This document shows, one piece after another, positions 10,592 through 20,873 of a stretch of DNA of 64,000 bases. Origin of the DNA: a virus; IMG/VR virus record IMGVR_UViG_3300050026_000388, positions 38,176 to 102,175 of that record. One strand, 5' to 3'. Numbering within the stretch: the stretch's first letter is position 1; every line of letters begins with the position of its first letter. The position numbers were made by a program, and so were the translations under genes. The notes under the pieces were generated by a model, which searched no databases, had not been told where the DNA came from, and worked only from the letters and a program-made list of their open reading frames with translations.

Positions 10592-10879
10592 ATGTCAGAA
10601 GAAAAACTACCAGGCATGAAGAGGGTATGGCTGGCTGCGCTTCTCGGAATACTAATTGTCGGCGTCGGACATATGTATCTCGGCGAGTGGGGTAAAGGAA
10701 TTGGGATTCTCATAGTGGCACTGATACTATCAGCCGCAACGGGAGGAATACTCGCGCCTGTGATGTGGATTATCAGTTGCGTGTGGGCATACTCAGACGC
10801 AAAGAAGCTCAACGCGGCGATAATCGCAAAGGCACGACACGATGACGCGCAGACATATAATAGAGAGGTTACCGCATGA
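10592..10879 (+). CDS. TM2-domain-like membrane protein
   Basis: LAALLGILIVGVGHMYLGEWGKGIGIL; GGTGA RBS. Confidence 0.8.
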   Translation: MSEEKLPGMKRVWLAALLGILIVGVGHMYLGEWGKGIGILIVALILSAATGGILAPVMWIISCVWAYSDAKKLNAAIIAKARHDDAQTYNREVTA

Positions 10880-11406
10880 GAAATTTGTATAAAATATCGG
10901 CAATCATTTGCATCGTCTTTGTGCTGGCTGTAGGTGTGACGGGCTGCGTCACATCAAACCCAAGTCAGCAATCAACACCAGTTACGCAAGCAACACCAGT
11001 GCCAACAGCAGTCGCCGCTGCGCCGACCACAACGCCAACCGCAGCAGACACCACAAGTCTAACCAAGTTGACGCCAGACCAGCTAGCTACAATAGACAAC
11101 TCAATGGTGAGCCAAGGATATACAGTAGTCAAGCCGCTAGTATTTGTTGAGACAACAGGGAACGGCTGGTATATGTACCAGGCAACCTACACCAAGGACG
11201 GCCTAAGTTACGGTGCCAATGTGATACAGACAGACAGCAACGCACACGCCATAGCGGAAATGCCACACCAAACAAGCCTTGTAGAACAGATGGGCTTTAC
11301 TGGTAGCATTGGTTCAGATGGCCACTGGATTGGGTCTGATGACAACGGTTCAAGTGCTGCAATAGGGGTATACGGAACGAACGTCATTGTGATGTTCGCA
11401 GAGTAG
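10876..11406 (+). CDS. Secreted lipoprotein with Thr/Pro-rich linker
   Basis: Signal peptide ending in VTGC lipobox, then TPVTQATPVPT linker. Confidence 0.75.
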   Translation: MRNLYKISAIICIVFVLAVGVTGCVTSNPSQQSTPVTQATPVPTAVAAAPTTTPTAADTTSLTKLTPDQLATIDNSMVSQGYTVVKPLVFVETTGNGWYMYQATYTKDGLSYGANVIQTDSNAHAIAEMPHQTSLVEQMGFTGSIGSDGHWIGSDDNGSSAAIGVYGTNVIVMFAE

Positions 11407-11422
11407 GGGGTAAACCCCTTTT
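11405..11422 (+). terminator. Short hairpin plus U tract after lipoprotein gene
   Basis: AGGGG-GTAAA-CCCCT followed by TTT. Confidence 0.45.
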
Positions 11423-11609
11423 CCTCTGCAGTGAGGGTGAAGAAATGTGGTGTACAAAACAAGAGCGAGAAGAAAATAAATACTGTAAAAAGTGTGAATG
11501 CTTTGAGTTTCAAGAACCGGACATAGTAGGTGATACTTATTGTATATGGCTCAGTCCAGCAAAAGGAATTGATTTAATATTTGTTTAGAAGAAAGCGAGG
11601 GGTAGGAAA

Positions 11610-11807
11610 ATGGTAGAAGCAAACGAAGAAAAATATTATCTTACAGTTAAAGACGTTTCCGTGATTCTGCAGGTGAGTACGATGCACGTTTACCGCCTGC
11701 TTCATAGCGGTAAAATTCCTTATACTAAAGTAGTCGGTGAGCGTTCATACCGCATACCGCGAGAGCCGTTCTTCCGCTGGCTTGCGGGGGGGCTCGTACA
11801 GTCATAG
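11610..11807 (+). CDS. Excisionase-like helix-turn-helix (HTH_17) protein
   Basis: YLTVKDVSVILQVSTMHVYRLLHSGKIPYTKV...YRIPRE. Confidence 0.88.
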   Translation: MVEANEEKYYLTVKDVSVILQVSTMHVYRLLHSGKIPYTKVVGERSYRIPREPFFRWLAGGLVQS

Positions 11808-12135
11808 GGATATTGAAGCGAGGAGTCAAGGAGCAACGAAATAATGTACTGCTATATGGAAGAAAAAGGCATACCAGCCATCTCATGTGATGACCTCACC
11901 TGTGGGTGGCGCGCGCTCTGTAGCGCGTTAAACGATTTGAACTTGCGGGTAAGAAAGATAGAGGAAGGCCGCCGCGAGACATGATAAAGAAGCACAAGGC
12001 CACGGAGAACGAAAAGCGCAGGGACAAGGAAGCGAAGGTTTACAAGTATATGATGAATGGGTTTAGCCAGCGTGATGCTGAATTACTCGCGGATGCAGAA
12101 CTCTCGTTAGAAGATGGGGAGAAACTGAAAACGGA

Positions 12136-12459
12136 ATGACAACATCCGGAAGCCTACTCCTATCCACGTTCACGCGGAACGCTAAATGGTCGCAGGTTCA
12201 AAAGAAGTTCCTGAAGCTCAATGGTGAGTGTGCAGTATGCGGCGCGCGGAAGCGGTTAGAAGCACACCATATCCGGCCACACCACGTATTCCCGGAGCTT
12301 GAACTTGATGTTGATAATCTTATAACCTTATGCTCGGCCCACCACCTTTCATTTGGGCATCTGATGAGCTATAAAAGTTATAACGTAAACGTAGTAGAAG
12401 ACGCTAAAATCTGGCGGGCAAAAATAGCGGCCCGACCTAAGTGGAGACAACTCCTTTAA
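12136..12459 (+). CDS. Small HNH nuclease (HK97 gp74-like)
   Basis: CAVCG..LEAHHIRP...NLITLCSAHH. Confidence 0.82.
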   Translation: MTTSGSLLLSTFTRNAKWSQVQKKFLKLNGECAVCGARKRLEAHHIRPHHVFPELELDVDNLITLCSAHHLSFGHLMSYKSYNVNVVEDAKIWRAKIAARPKWRQLL

Positions 12460-12471
12460 AGCTTTAAAATC

Positions 12472-13551
12472 ATGTGGATAATCTTTCTCGCGGAGCTGTG
12501 CTGGGCCATGTTCACGGTCTTTGTGGTAATGGGTATGATTGCTCAGTTATATAAGCCAAAACACACTTATTACAAAGCCAAAAACGTGGAGTGTGTAATA
12601 GTCACAATAGCTTCAGAGGGGGTTAGGAACTGTTTGTTTGAATGCATTGAGCATCACCGAAAGATGTTTAAAAATCTGGCTGTCTTGCTGGATGAAGGAA
12701 GCGCATTACTTCCAGAATTATGGTGGTTGGGGGTTCCATTAATAATCGTTCCAAAACATTATCGTCCAGATTTGGTGGGTAAAGGCCGCGCAATGAATTA
12801 TGCAATCGAGACGCACGTTGGAAACGAGGGTTGGGTGTGCTTTTTGGATGACGACAATCTAGTTTTGTCAGATGATTTTCTTTATGAGATTCCTTGGTAT
12901 GACGCCAAGGGGTACGTCGCTATGAGCCCCACCATCGTGCCTCGCAAGGCCAAGAGCACAATGGCGTTTGTCATGGATTGGATAAGAGTATTCGACGGAA
13001 TTATTCTATACCGGCTCTTTACTGGATTGTGTAAAACCCCACTATTGGGGCTCTATGGTGAACTACTCACCGTAAAATGGAAAACATTAAAAGAAATAGG
13101 CTTTGGAGAACGCTCTACGGTAGAAGATTTCAAGTTCGCATCGCAGATTGTTAGACGTGGATATAAAACATGGCAAAGCGCGAGCAAGGTATCGGTAAAA
13201 TCTGCGAACTCAGTTAAAGACCTCATGCGGCAAAGAGGCCGCTGGTACAAAGGGATAATGATGGATGTTGACTCATGTCCGTTTTTAATGCGGTTTTTCG
13301 TTAGTCTGAGAATGGCGATGTGGACGATTGGGTTGTTTGGTTCGTGGGTTTTTATTTTATTCTGGTATAATGCAAACGCTGTCTGGGCGTTGCCTGCTGG
13401 AGCCGTTTACTTTGGTGTTTACATTTACGGCGCGTATAAAGCCGATGCACTACGATATATTTTTGCAATACCAGTATTTGGCATAATCGAATGTTCTTCT
13501 ATATTTGTAGGATTAAAGAGTAACGGCTTCACGGTCATAGATAAAAGCTAA
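12472..13551 (+). CDS. Membrane-bound GT2 glycosyltransferase (processive type)
   Basis: KGRAMN, FLDDD (DxD), VED, QRGRW (QxxRW); N- and C-terminal TM helices. Confidence 0.9.
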   Translation: MWIIFLAELCWAMFTVFVVMGMIAQLYKPKHTYYKAKNVECVIVTIASEGVRNCLFECIEHHRKMFKNLAVLLDEGSALLPELWWLGVPLIIVPKHYRPDLVGKGRAMNYAIETHVGNEGWVCFLDDDNLVLSDDFLYEIPWYDAKGYVAMSPTIVPRKAKSTMAFVMDWIRVFDGIILYRLFTGLCKTPLLGLYGELLTVKWKTLKEIGFGERSTVEDFKFASQIVRRGYKTWQSASKVSVKSANSVKDLMRQRGRWYKGIMMDVDSCPFLMRFFVSLRMAMWTIGLFGSWVFILFWYNANAVWALPAGAVYFGVYIYGAYKADALRYIFAIPVFGIIECSSIFVGLKSNGFTVIDKS

Positions 13552-13775
13552 GGAGAAACTAATGTGGAAAGAAATAATAGCATATACCATTGCCGCCGCG
13601 ATTGTTTGTTTCTTCGCGTGGCTGGTGTTGGGGTGAAAAATGAAACTGTCTATTGAACTTCCTGACGATGTGTGGGAACAAGTTAAGTCGCGCTGTTGGA
13701 ACCTTGCAGCAATAGATAAAGACTTTAAACCGGCGTATTTGGTAACGCATATCTCTTGGAATGAAGGGGTGAAAA

Positions 13776-13964
13776 ATGACTAGCCGATATAAATGTATCT
13801 ACTGTTCCCAAGAGTTCACCACCGAGGAGGCTGAAGATAAATGTGCGGCGTATTATGGTGTTATTATAACAGGGTTTACTAAGTGTATCTGCAACATATG
13901 TTTCGTGGAACGGTGGAAGAAGGCAGAACCATTAGTGACTATCTATGATTTGGGTGAAAAGTGA
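13776..13964 (+). CDS. Small Zn-finger protein
   Basis: CIYC...CNIC; GGTGA RBS. Confidence 0.55.
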   Translation: MTSRYKCIYCSQEFTTEEAEDKCAAYYGVIITGFTKCICNICFVERWKKAEPLVTIYDLGEK

Positions 13965-14096
13965 GAAAAATGAGATTAGTATTTAACGGCAAATGCGGGC
14001 GGTGCCCGCAGGCGGCATATCTACCGGAAAACTATCCGTATATACGCTGCCAAGTATTGAAAACCGACGAACCACCAAAGGCAAAATGCCGCATAG

Positions 14097-14462
14097 GTGT
14101 TAGGCGCAGTGAAACGCGTGGCCATCAAAAAAGCCTATAAAGAGTGTGAGTCATGCCCAGGTTACTGTTGCGTCACAAGCGTATCGCACCCGTGCGTACG
14201 GCTTACCGAGGACGATATACCGCGAATCGCTAAACATTTAGGAATGAGTGAAGAAGTGTTTAGGCGCGATTATGTACACTATGCGTATCGTGACGAAGCG
14301 CCGTGCATCAAACAGTTCCGCCCTGGGCCGTGCACGTTCTGGCGCAGCGGGCTGTGCGGCATCCAGCCGGTCAAGCCGTCGACCTGCCGCCGCACGCCGC
14401 CCGAGGGGTATGGTAATATAACGTGCAAGATGTGGAATAAGGCGCGGGCAGGAATCGGCTGA
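14097..14462 (+). CDS. YkgJ/CxxCxxCC family protein (second copy)
   Basis: CESCPGYCC...PCTFWRSGLCGIQPVKPSTCR. Confidence 0.85.
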   Translation: MLGAVKRVAIKKAYKECESCPGYCCVTSVSHPCVRLTEDDIPRIAKHLGMSEEVFRRDYVHYAYRDEAPCIKQFRPGPCTFWRSGLCGIQPVKPSTCRRTPPEGYGNITCKMWNKARAGIG

Positions 14463-14533
14463 TTGACACTGGTTAATTGATTACTTTCATTGTGCTTAGG
14501 ATATTGGTTTATAGTGTCAATAGCTATATCAAT

Positions 14534-15418
14534 ATGATGTATAATCTAAAGGTGTGCGCACAGTGTGAGGTCGTATATCAACCACTTAGTGGTCACTCTA
14601 AATATTGTAGTAAGGAATGCCGGCGAGATGCAATAAATGGAATGCACAGGCAACGCTATGCTGACGATGACCAATACCGAAAGAAGATAATTGTGCAAAA
14701 CACGCAGTTACGCATGCAGCGAATGGAAGACCCAGAATACCGAGCAGAAGCCAACGCGCAGCGCAGACAGCGCCGCGCAGATGGTTTAGAATCTTACGAA
14801 AAAGAAAAGGAACGGTTTAGGCAGCGGTATACAGAAGACCTAGAATTCCGCGAGAAAATGCGCAGTCGAGGTAATACTTGGAAAAGAAACAATCCTGAAA
14901 AGGTCAAAGCCAAAAATAAAAAATATAACAGTTTGGAGATATCCCGTATACAAAAAAGAGCTTGGAAACTTAAAAATCCATTTCTTGTTAGGTTGAGTAC
15001 TAAGCGCCGCCGCGCGCGTATCGCTGCTGTTTATCATGCATCTTACACAGAAGGAGAAGTGCTAAAGCAACTTAATGCACAAAACTATCTTGATTTTTAT
15101 ACCGATGAGCCGCTCTTTAATGGGTCAATCAAACCCGATATAACCGAAGACCATATTATTCCAATAGTAAATGGTGGCCCTGATATTTTAGATAACATTG
15201 TATTTGTAAAGATGGAAACTAACTCACACAAACACACTAAGTTGCCAAGTGAGTTTATAGCTGGATTAGTAGACAGCGGTATAATAACACAAGAAGCCGC
15301 AGACCGTAAACTCAACTATCTACGTGAACGGTTATCTATGATTACGGTTCAAACGTGGCTATCTGAGTGGTACGCTCCGAATGAGTTTGAGTTTTTGATA
15401 AAAGAGCACCTAGGTTGA
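14534..15418 (+). CDS. Free-standing HNH endonuclease, divergent
   Basis: CAQC..YCSKEC zinc finger, charged helical region, TEDHIIPIVNGG..NIV..TNSHK; TTTATA at 14508 lies 26 nt before ATG 14534. Confidence 0.82.
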   Translation: MMYNLKVCAQCEVVYQPLSGHSKYCSKECRRDAINGMHRQRYADDDQYRKKIIVQNTQLRMQRMEDPEYRAEANAQRRQRRADGLESYEKEKERFRQRYTEDLEFREKMRSRGNTWKRNNPEKVKAKNKKYNSLEISRIQKRAWKLKNPFLVRLSTKRRRARIAAVYHASYTEGEVLKQLNAQNYLDFYTDEPLFNGSIKPDITEDHIIPIVNGGPDILDNIVFVKMETNSHKHTKLPSEFIAGLVDSGIITQEAADRKLNYLRERLSMITVQTWLSEWYAPNEFEFLIKEHLG

Positions 15419-15483
15419 TGATGGTTACGTTTCTGGTTTTACGAGATTCATTATATTAAACTTTGCAACCCACCTATTAGACG

Positions 15484-16965
15484 GTGTCTGAAGAAGACGC
15501 GCCGACGCCTGAACAGCGAAGCTTTTTTGAAAGATTTAGAGATAGACTTAGCGGGCGCCAACAGAAGGCCGCGGGTTTACCTGGCGTTTTAATCAAACTT
15601 CTCGGAAATAGAGAGACAGCCAGTATCAAGCGGGATTCGGCTGCGTACCTCAAAGCCTTCAACGAACTACCATGGCTCCGTACAACCGTCACCAAAATCG
15701 CAAACTCAATGGCGGCCAACGACTGGGAGATTTTAAAGGTTACCACTGTAACCGATGAAACAGGCGAAACACGCGTCGTTGAAGAAGAGCCAAACGAACT
15801 ATTACCTATCCATAATTTTTTGAACAATCCAAACCCTCAGTTTAGCTTCGCGCAGTTGGTTTGGCTAATTACAATTTACCTAGAGCTAGTGGGCGAAGCC
15901 TTTCTATGGATGGTTCCCATTAATGGTGAGGTTAATGCATACCCAATCCCCCCAGACAAAGTAGTTAGAACACCAACCTTTGAGGACCCGTACTACCACA
16001 TAAGCGGACCGCAGGGCGAATACAGCGCAGGTTTAGACGAAATCGTTGTCTTTATGCACCCCGACCCCGTCGACCCGTATAGCCGCGGTGTGGGACTCGC
16101 GCAATCGTTATCACACGACTTGGACACCGACGACGCCGCATCGCGCTATACCCTATCACACTTCAACAACAGCGCCCGCCCTGAGCTTTTGGTTTTTGGC
16201 GAGGGGCTGAATGCCGAACGCGCAAAACAGATGGAAGACGACTGGAACCAGCAGCATATGGGCTTCTGGAACGCCGGCAAAACTAGGTTCTTATCGCGCA
16301 AAGTAGAGATAAAAGAGATATCCCAGAAGTTTGAAGGCACGGATATTGTCAACCTACGCCAACACCAAAGGGACGTTGTGGCGTCGGTTATGGGCGTCCC
16401 CCCAGAAATCTTAGGGATTTTGCAAGCGTCAAACCGCGCCACGATAGACGCGGCAGACCTTTTCTTTTCACGTTACACCCTTAAACCCCGCCTCGACTTT
16501 TTGCAGGAAGTTTTCAACAAGCAGCTCATGCCACGCTTCGATGACACCGGCACCGTCGTAATGAAGTTTATAAACCCGACGCAGAAGGATAAGGAAACAA
16601 TACTAAAAGCTGCACGGTTTATGCCTTCCGCATTATCAATAAACGACTGGCGCGAGCTCATGGAGTTTGACCCACTTGACGGCGATGAGGGTGACTGTTA
16701 TCTTGTACCACTTAACATGCAGGTTTTGAGTAAGCTGAAAGGTGGCGTCACCGAAGCAGGGCCGCCACAAGCGGTAGGGTCACCAGCTGTGCCTTCAGCG
16801 CCTTCAGCACCGAAACCAACTACACCCGCAGCCCCAGGAGAAACACCCGCACCCACACCTGCCGCTGAGCCGGCAGCCGCAGCATCGGCCGCCTACGGTG
16901 AGCTGGAAACAAAGTTTGGCACCCTCAAAGGCCGCAAGGTAAAGCATTTTAAGGACTTGAAGTAA
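15484..16965 (+). CDS. Portal protein (HK97 family)
   Basis: FLNNPNPQFS, LELVGEAF, HFNNSARP, VMGVPPEILG, INDWRE; position before protease and capsid. Confidence 0.95.
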   Translation: MSEEDAPTPEQRSFFERFRDRLSGRQQKAAGLPGVLIKLLGNRETASIKRDSAAYLKAFNELPWLRTTVTKIANSMAANDWEILKVTTVTDETGETRVVEEEPNELLPIHNFLNNPNPQFSFAQLVWLITIYLELVGEAFLWMVPINGEVNAYPIPPDKVVRTPTFEDPYYHISGPQGEYSAGLDEIVVFMHPDPVDPYSRGVGLAQSLSHDLDTDDAASRYTLSHFNNSARPELLVFGEGLNAERAKQMEDDWNQQHMGFWNAGKTRFLSRKVEIKEISQKFEGTDIVNLRQHQRDVVASVMGVPPEILGILQASNRATIDAADLFFSRYTLKPRLDFLQEVFNKQLMPRFDDTGTVVMKFINPTQKDKETILKAARFMPSALSINDWRELMEFDPLDGDEGDCYLVPLNMQVLSKLKGGVTEAGPPQAVGSPAVPSAPSAPKPTTPAAPGETPAPTPAAEPAAAASAAYGELETKFGTLKGRKVKHFKDLK

Positions 16966-16993
16966 GGGCGTGGAACTTACGAGGAGATGACGC

Positions 16994-17536
16994 GTGCCGT
17001 ATAAAGACCCCGAAAAAGACCGAGAATGTCAACAGAAGTATCGGGAAGAGCATCGAGCGGAAGCCCTAGAATATGCGCGCGAATACCGGACTAAGAACCG
17101 CGATGAGATACTTGCCAAGAAACGTGACTATAATTCTAAACATTACGAAGCAAACCACGAAGAGCTGTTAGAACAGCAGAGGCAGAACTACAGGGCAAAC
17201 AAGGAAAAAGTGCTCAAACGCTGTCAAGAATACCGTAAAAAGAATCCAGAAAAGTGCCGGATATGGAAACATAACCGTCGCGCAAAACTAAAAGAGAACG
17301 GTGGCACTTTTACCTTCAGAGAACTTAATGAGCAATTCGAAAGGCAAGAGGGATTCTGTTACTATTGCGGTGAACTTCTTTACAAATCGTTTGATAGCAG
17401 CGTTCACATAGACCATAAAACTCCAATCTCTCGTGGTGGTTCTAACAACATATCAAATATTGCACTAGCATGCTCAGCTTGTAATCAAAAGAAGTTTACA
17501 AAGACGGCAGAAGAATTCATGGAGATGATTAAATGA
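16994..17536 (+). CDS. Free-standing HNH homing endonuclease
   Basis: MPYKDPEK N-terminus; CYYCG...HIDHKTPISRGGSNNISNIALACSACNQKK. Confidence 0.93.
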   Translation: MPYKDPEKDRECQQKYREEHRAEALEYAREYRTKNRDEILAKKRDYNSKHYEANHEELLEQQRQNYRANKEKVLKRCQEYRKKNPEKCRIWKHNRRAKLKENGGTFTFRELNEQFERQEGFCYYCGELLYKSFDSSVHIDHKTPISRGGSNNISNIALACSACNQKKFTKTAEEFMEMIK

Positions 17537-19590
17537 CGCTTGCAAAAGACATTGCGCATGGCGTTCCGGTATTTAAAACGTTTAGGGTTAAAGACGTTCA
17601 AGATTTGTCAACCGACGGCGCAATGCGTTTACAGTTCACAATTTCGAATGAGGATACTGACCGTGATGGGGATACTATAGATGCAAAGGGTTGGACGCTT
17701 GCCAATTTTAGTAAGAACCCCGTTGCAATGTGGGCACACGATTATACGAAATTGCCTGCCGCACGTGCTCTAAAGACCTGGCAAGTTGGACCAGACCTAA
17801 AAACGCTGGCCGAATTTACACCTGACGAACTATACGATAATAACTACCACGGCATACGTGGGTCAACCATTTATCGCTTTTATAAAGCAGGGTTCCTCAA
17901 CGCAGTAAGCGCGGGGTTTTATCCAGTTGCTTGGGAACCAATGACGGGCAAAGGTGCGATGGGTACGCATTTTACATCACAGGACCTTATAGAGTTTAGT
18001 TTTGTGCCAGTTCCATCAAATCCAGGCGCATTGGTCGCACGTGACGGTTTTAATAATAACGAAATTAAATCAATGAAAAAGGAGATGCGCCGCTGGATAA
18101 AGGAAGCTGACGCGCTCTGTTCCTGCCCCGTCGAAGAGAAAGCATTAGGGGCATCTGAAGATAGCACCGGAGGCGCGCTTGTGCCTTCAGGAAATCAAGA
18201 ACAAGAAGGAGATTCTAAAATGAAAAAAGGAGCGATATCATATAAAGACGCTCATCCTGACGGCACACCAAAAGCGGAACCGGACGAACCATGGTCGGCA
18301 GCAGCCGAACGCGCAAAATGCCAGAAGGCCGCGCACCTGAAGGCAGTTCACGCGGGCTTCACTGGTGGCGACGACTCTGATAAGGGCAACTTTATTTTAC
18401 CTCATCACGGCGGCGAACCACCCCACCCTGTTCACCTCAAGGCGGTTAAAACAATCGCTAAGAAGTTTACATCCAGTAAGAAGGCCGCCGCGAATATGCA
18501 GTACGGGGATGAGTGGGATTTCACGCAGAATGATAATCAAGTTATAATGGACCACGTCGCGCAGCACCTCAACGAGTTTAAGGAGCCGATACCGTGGGAC
18601 GTTTCAACGGATGACAAACCGGGGGCGGCTAAAGATGCTTCCGACGTTGAAGTAAAATCAATCACTGACTCTGACAAATCCTCTTTACAAGCAGGAATCA
18701 ACAAAGAAAACCTGCAAGACCTCTCAGCATATCACCGGCGCATGCACATGTTTGCCGCGCAGGGCAATATGATGACTGGATTCTCACAAGCGGATATGAA
18801 CTGGCTACACGCAGCGATTGAATCGGCAATGTGCAAAGCGCACAAAGCACAAGACCCGCCAACAGATTGCGCGCCAGCGTCACCTCTTGAATGGAAAAAG
18901 TCTGTTAAGGCAGCTAAGCCAAAGCCAGATGAAGACGATGAAGAAGACGGCAAGGAAGAAGACGGCGACGAGGAAGAGAAGTGCAGTCATATCACGGACG
19001 TAACCGGCGCGATTGCCGAGCGTGAAAACAGCAAGAAGTCTGAGAAGGCCGAAGCTGGCGAGGATGACAAAGAGGACGAGGATGAGGAGGAAGAACCAGT
19101 GACCCCAGAAAAGCCTGAAAAACCAACGGAAAAGAAGGCAGCGGAAGACGGCCACGTAACGAAGATAGGCCGCGCACTCAGCAAAGCCAACGAAGCCGCG
19201 CTTAACGAAGCACTCGGCAAGTTCAGCGAAGGATTCGGCCAGCACGACAAAGGACTTCAGTTCCACGAAAAAGTAACTAAAGCGCACGCAAAGGCACTGG
19301 ACGCGCACGAAGAGGCAATGAAGTGCTATCAGGCGGGCGCGGACAAATTGAAATCTGTGCTGAAGGCAATGGGTGACAAACCTGACGAAGGCTCCGAAGC
19401 GGAAGAGGAAAACGAAACCCCCGAAGAGGAAGCTGAAGAGCAGGGTAAGCCTCAACAGAAGGCACCCGTCGCAGAGCCAGTAGAAAAGGCAGAACCAGAA
19501 GATGAAGTCATCGCGGTCGACCCTGATATGCTGGCAGAAGAATTGACAGAATTTTTCAAACAGATTAGAAAGGAATTTGAATTATCGTGA
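17533..19590 (+). CDS. HK97-type prohead protease with long acidic scaffold-like extension
   Basis: DRDGDTI, NPVAMWAHD, LNAVSAGF, LIEFSFVPVPSNPGA in the first ~170 aa; acidic helical C-terminus. Confidence 0.92.
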   Translation: MTLAKDIAHGVPVFKTFRVKDVQDLSTDGAMRLQFTISNEDTDRDGDTIDAKGWTLANFSKNPVAMWAHDYTKLPAARALKTWQVGPDLKTLAEFTPDELYDNNYHGIRGSTIYRFYKAGFLNAVSAGFYPVAWEPMTGKGAMGTHFTSQDLIEFSFVPVPSNPGALVARDGFNNNEIKSMKKEMRRWIKEADALCSCPVEEKALGASEDSTGGALVPSGNQEQEGDSKMKKGAISYKDAHPDGTPKAEPDEPWSAAAERAKCQKAAHLKAVHAGFTGGDDSDKGNFILPHHGGEPPHPVHLKAVKTIAKKFTSSKKAAANMQYGDEWDFTQNDNQVIMDHVAQHLNEFKEPIPWDVSTDDKPGAAKDASDVEVKSITDSDKSSLQAGINKENLQDLSAYHRRMHMFAAQGNMMTGFSQADMNWLHAAIESAMCKAHKAQDPPTDCAPASPLEWKKSVKAAKPKPDEDDEEDGKEEDGDEEEKCSHITDVTGAIAERENSKKSEKAEAGEDDKEDEDEEEEPVTPEKPEKPTEKKAAEDGHVTKIGRALSKANEAALNEALGKFSEGFGQHDKGLQFHEKVTKAHAKALDAHEEAMKCYQAGADKLKSVLKAMGDKPDEGSEAEEENETPEEEAEEQGKPQQKAPVAEPVEKAEPEDEVIAVDPDMLAEELTEFFKQIRKEFELS

Positions 19591-19639
19591 GCGCGCGGTG
19601 TAATTGCGCACTCAATACAAAACTATAGGAGTAAAAAAC

Positions 19640-20860
19640 ATGGACGAAGCAGAAATGTCCCGTAATCAAATAAGGGACATGATTAAAGAAGTGCTTGGCC
19701 CGCAACTAGAGGACATGAAGAAAGCGCAAGCAGCGCGCGACAATCTACAGACGCGCGCCATGCTCAGCGGTCCACAGGGAACCCAGAAAACTGGTGAGCC
19801 TGAACCCGTTGGCAGATTTATTAAAGCGCTTGTATTGTCTCGTGGGGACCCAGACCGCGCGCTTAAGTTTGCAGAGTCAAACTATGGGAAGGATTCAATC
19901 GTTTCCAAAGCTTTGGCAGCAAACATAGACGTGTCCGGCGGATTCCTCATCCCAGAAGTCCTCTCGGCTGAGATTATTGAATTTCTCAGGCCAGCATCCG
20001 TCGTACGTTCGATGGGTGCAAGGGTTTTGCCACTGAATAATCTTCAGATGAGTATCCCCAAGATAACAGGTGGGGCCCGGGCATCGTATGTTGGTGAAAA
20101 CGTTAACATGCGGGCTACGCAAGAGTCATTCGGTCAGATAACGCTCTCAGCGAAAAAGCTGGCGGCATTGGTTCCAATCAGCAACGAACTGTTGCAGGTT
20201 AACAGCGCCTCTGCAGACCAAATCGTTAGAGAAGACCTTGTGAAGGCGCTCGCAATGCGCGAGGACCAAGCATTTATCCGCGATGTCGGCAGTGAAAACA
20301 CGCCGCGCGGATTGAAGTCGTGGATACATCCCGACAACCAGTTCTATCCAAGCGCAATAACTACGGCAGCAACTCTTAAGACGGTTACTAACGACCTCGC
20401 CACGTGTATCTTGAAGCTTCGGAACGCGAACATACCCATGACAAACTGTGGGTGGATATTCGCACCGAGGATTGAGTATACCCTTATGACAATACGCGAC
20501 TCGCTAGGTAACTACGCATTTAGGCCAGAGATGAGCACAGGAAAGCTCATGAACTTCCCATACGCAGTCACGACCCAAATCCCAACGAATTTGACTACAA
20601 CCGGAACTAATGCAGTTACCGGAACAGGTAGTGAAATTTACTTTGTGAACTTCGACGACGCCATTATTGGCGACGCGATGCAGGTCAGAATTGACGTCAG
20701 CAATACCGCAGCTTACTACGATGGAATGAACGTAGTCGCTACGTTCTCCGAAGACCAGACGGTCATTAGGGCAGTCTCTATGCACGATTTCGCTATGAGA
20801 TACGACAGAGCAGCAGCCCTCATGTACGGCGTCGATTGGGGAACTTCGATTATGAGCTAA
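19640..20860 (+). CDS. Major capsid protein, HK97 fold
   Basis: GGFLIPE, YVGEN, LSAKKLAALVPISNELL, EDQTVIRAVSMHDF; AGGAG RBS before ATG 19640. Confidence 0.96.
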   Translation: MDEAEMSRNQIRDMIKEVLGPQLEDMKKAQAARDNLQTRAMLSGPQGTQKTGEPEPVGRFIKALVLSRGDPDRALKFAESNYGKDSIVSKALAANIDVSGGFLIPEVLSAEIIEFLRPASVVRSMGARVLPLNNLQMSIPKITGGARASYVGENVNMRATQESFGQITLSAKKLAALVPISNELLQVNSASADQIVREDLVKALAMREDQAFIRDVGSENTPRGLKSWIHPDNQFYPSAITTAATLKTVTNDLATCILKLRNANIPMTNCGWIFAPRIEYTLMTIRDSLGNYAFRPEMSTGKLMNFPYAVTTQIPTNLTTTGTNAVTGTGSEIYFVNFDDAIIGDAMQVRIDVSNTAAYYDGMNVVATFSEDQTVIRAVSMHDFAMRYDRAAALMYGVDWGTSIMS

Positions 20861-20873
20861 GGAGTGAAAGAAA

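Noticed and set aside
16966-17536. HNH genes as group I intron ORFs
   Set aside because: Flanking genes are intact and the intergenic gaps are too short for a ribozyme core
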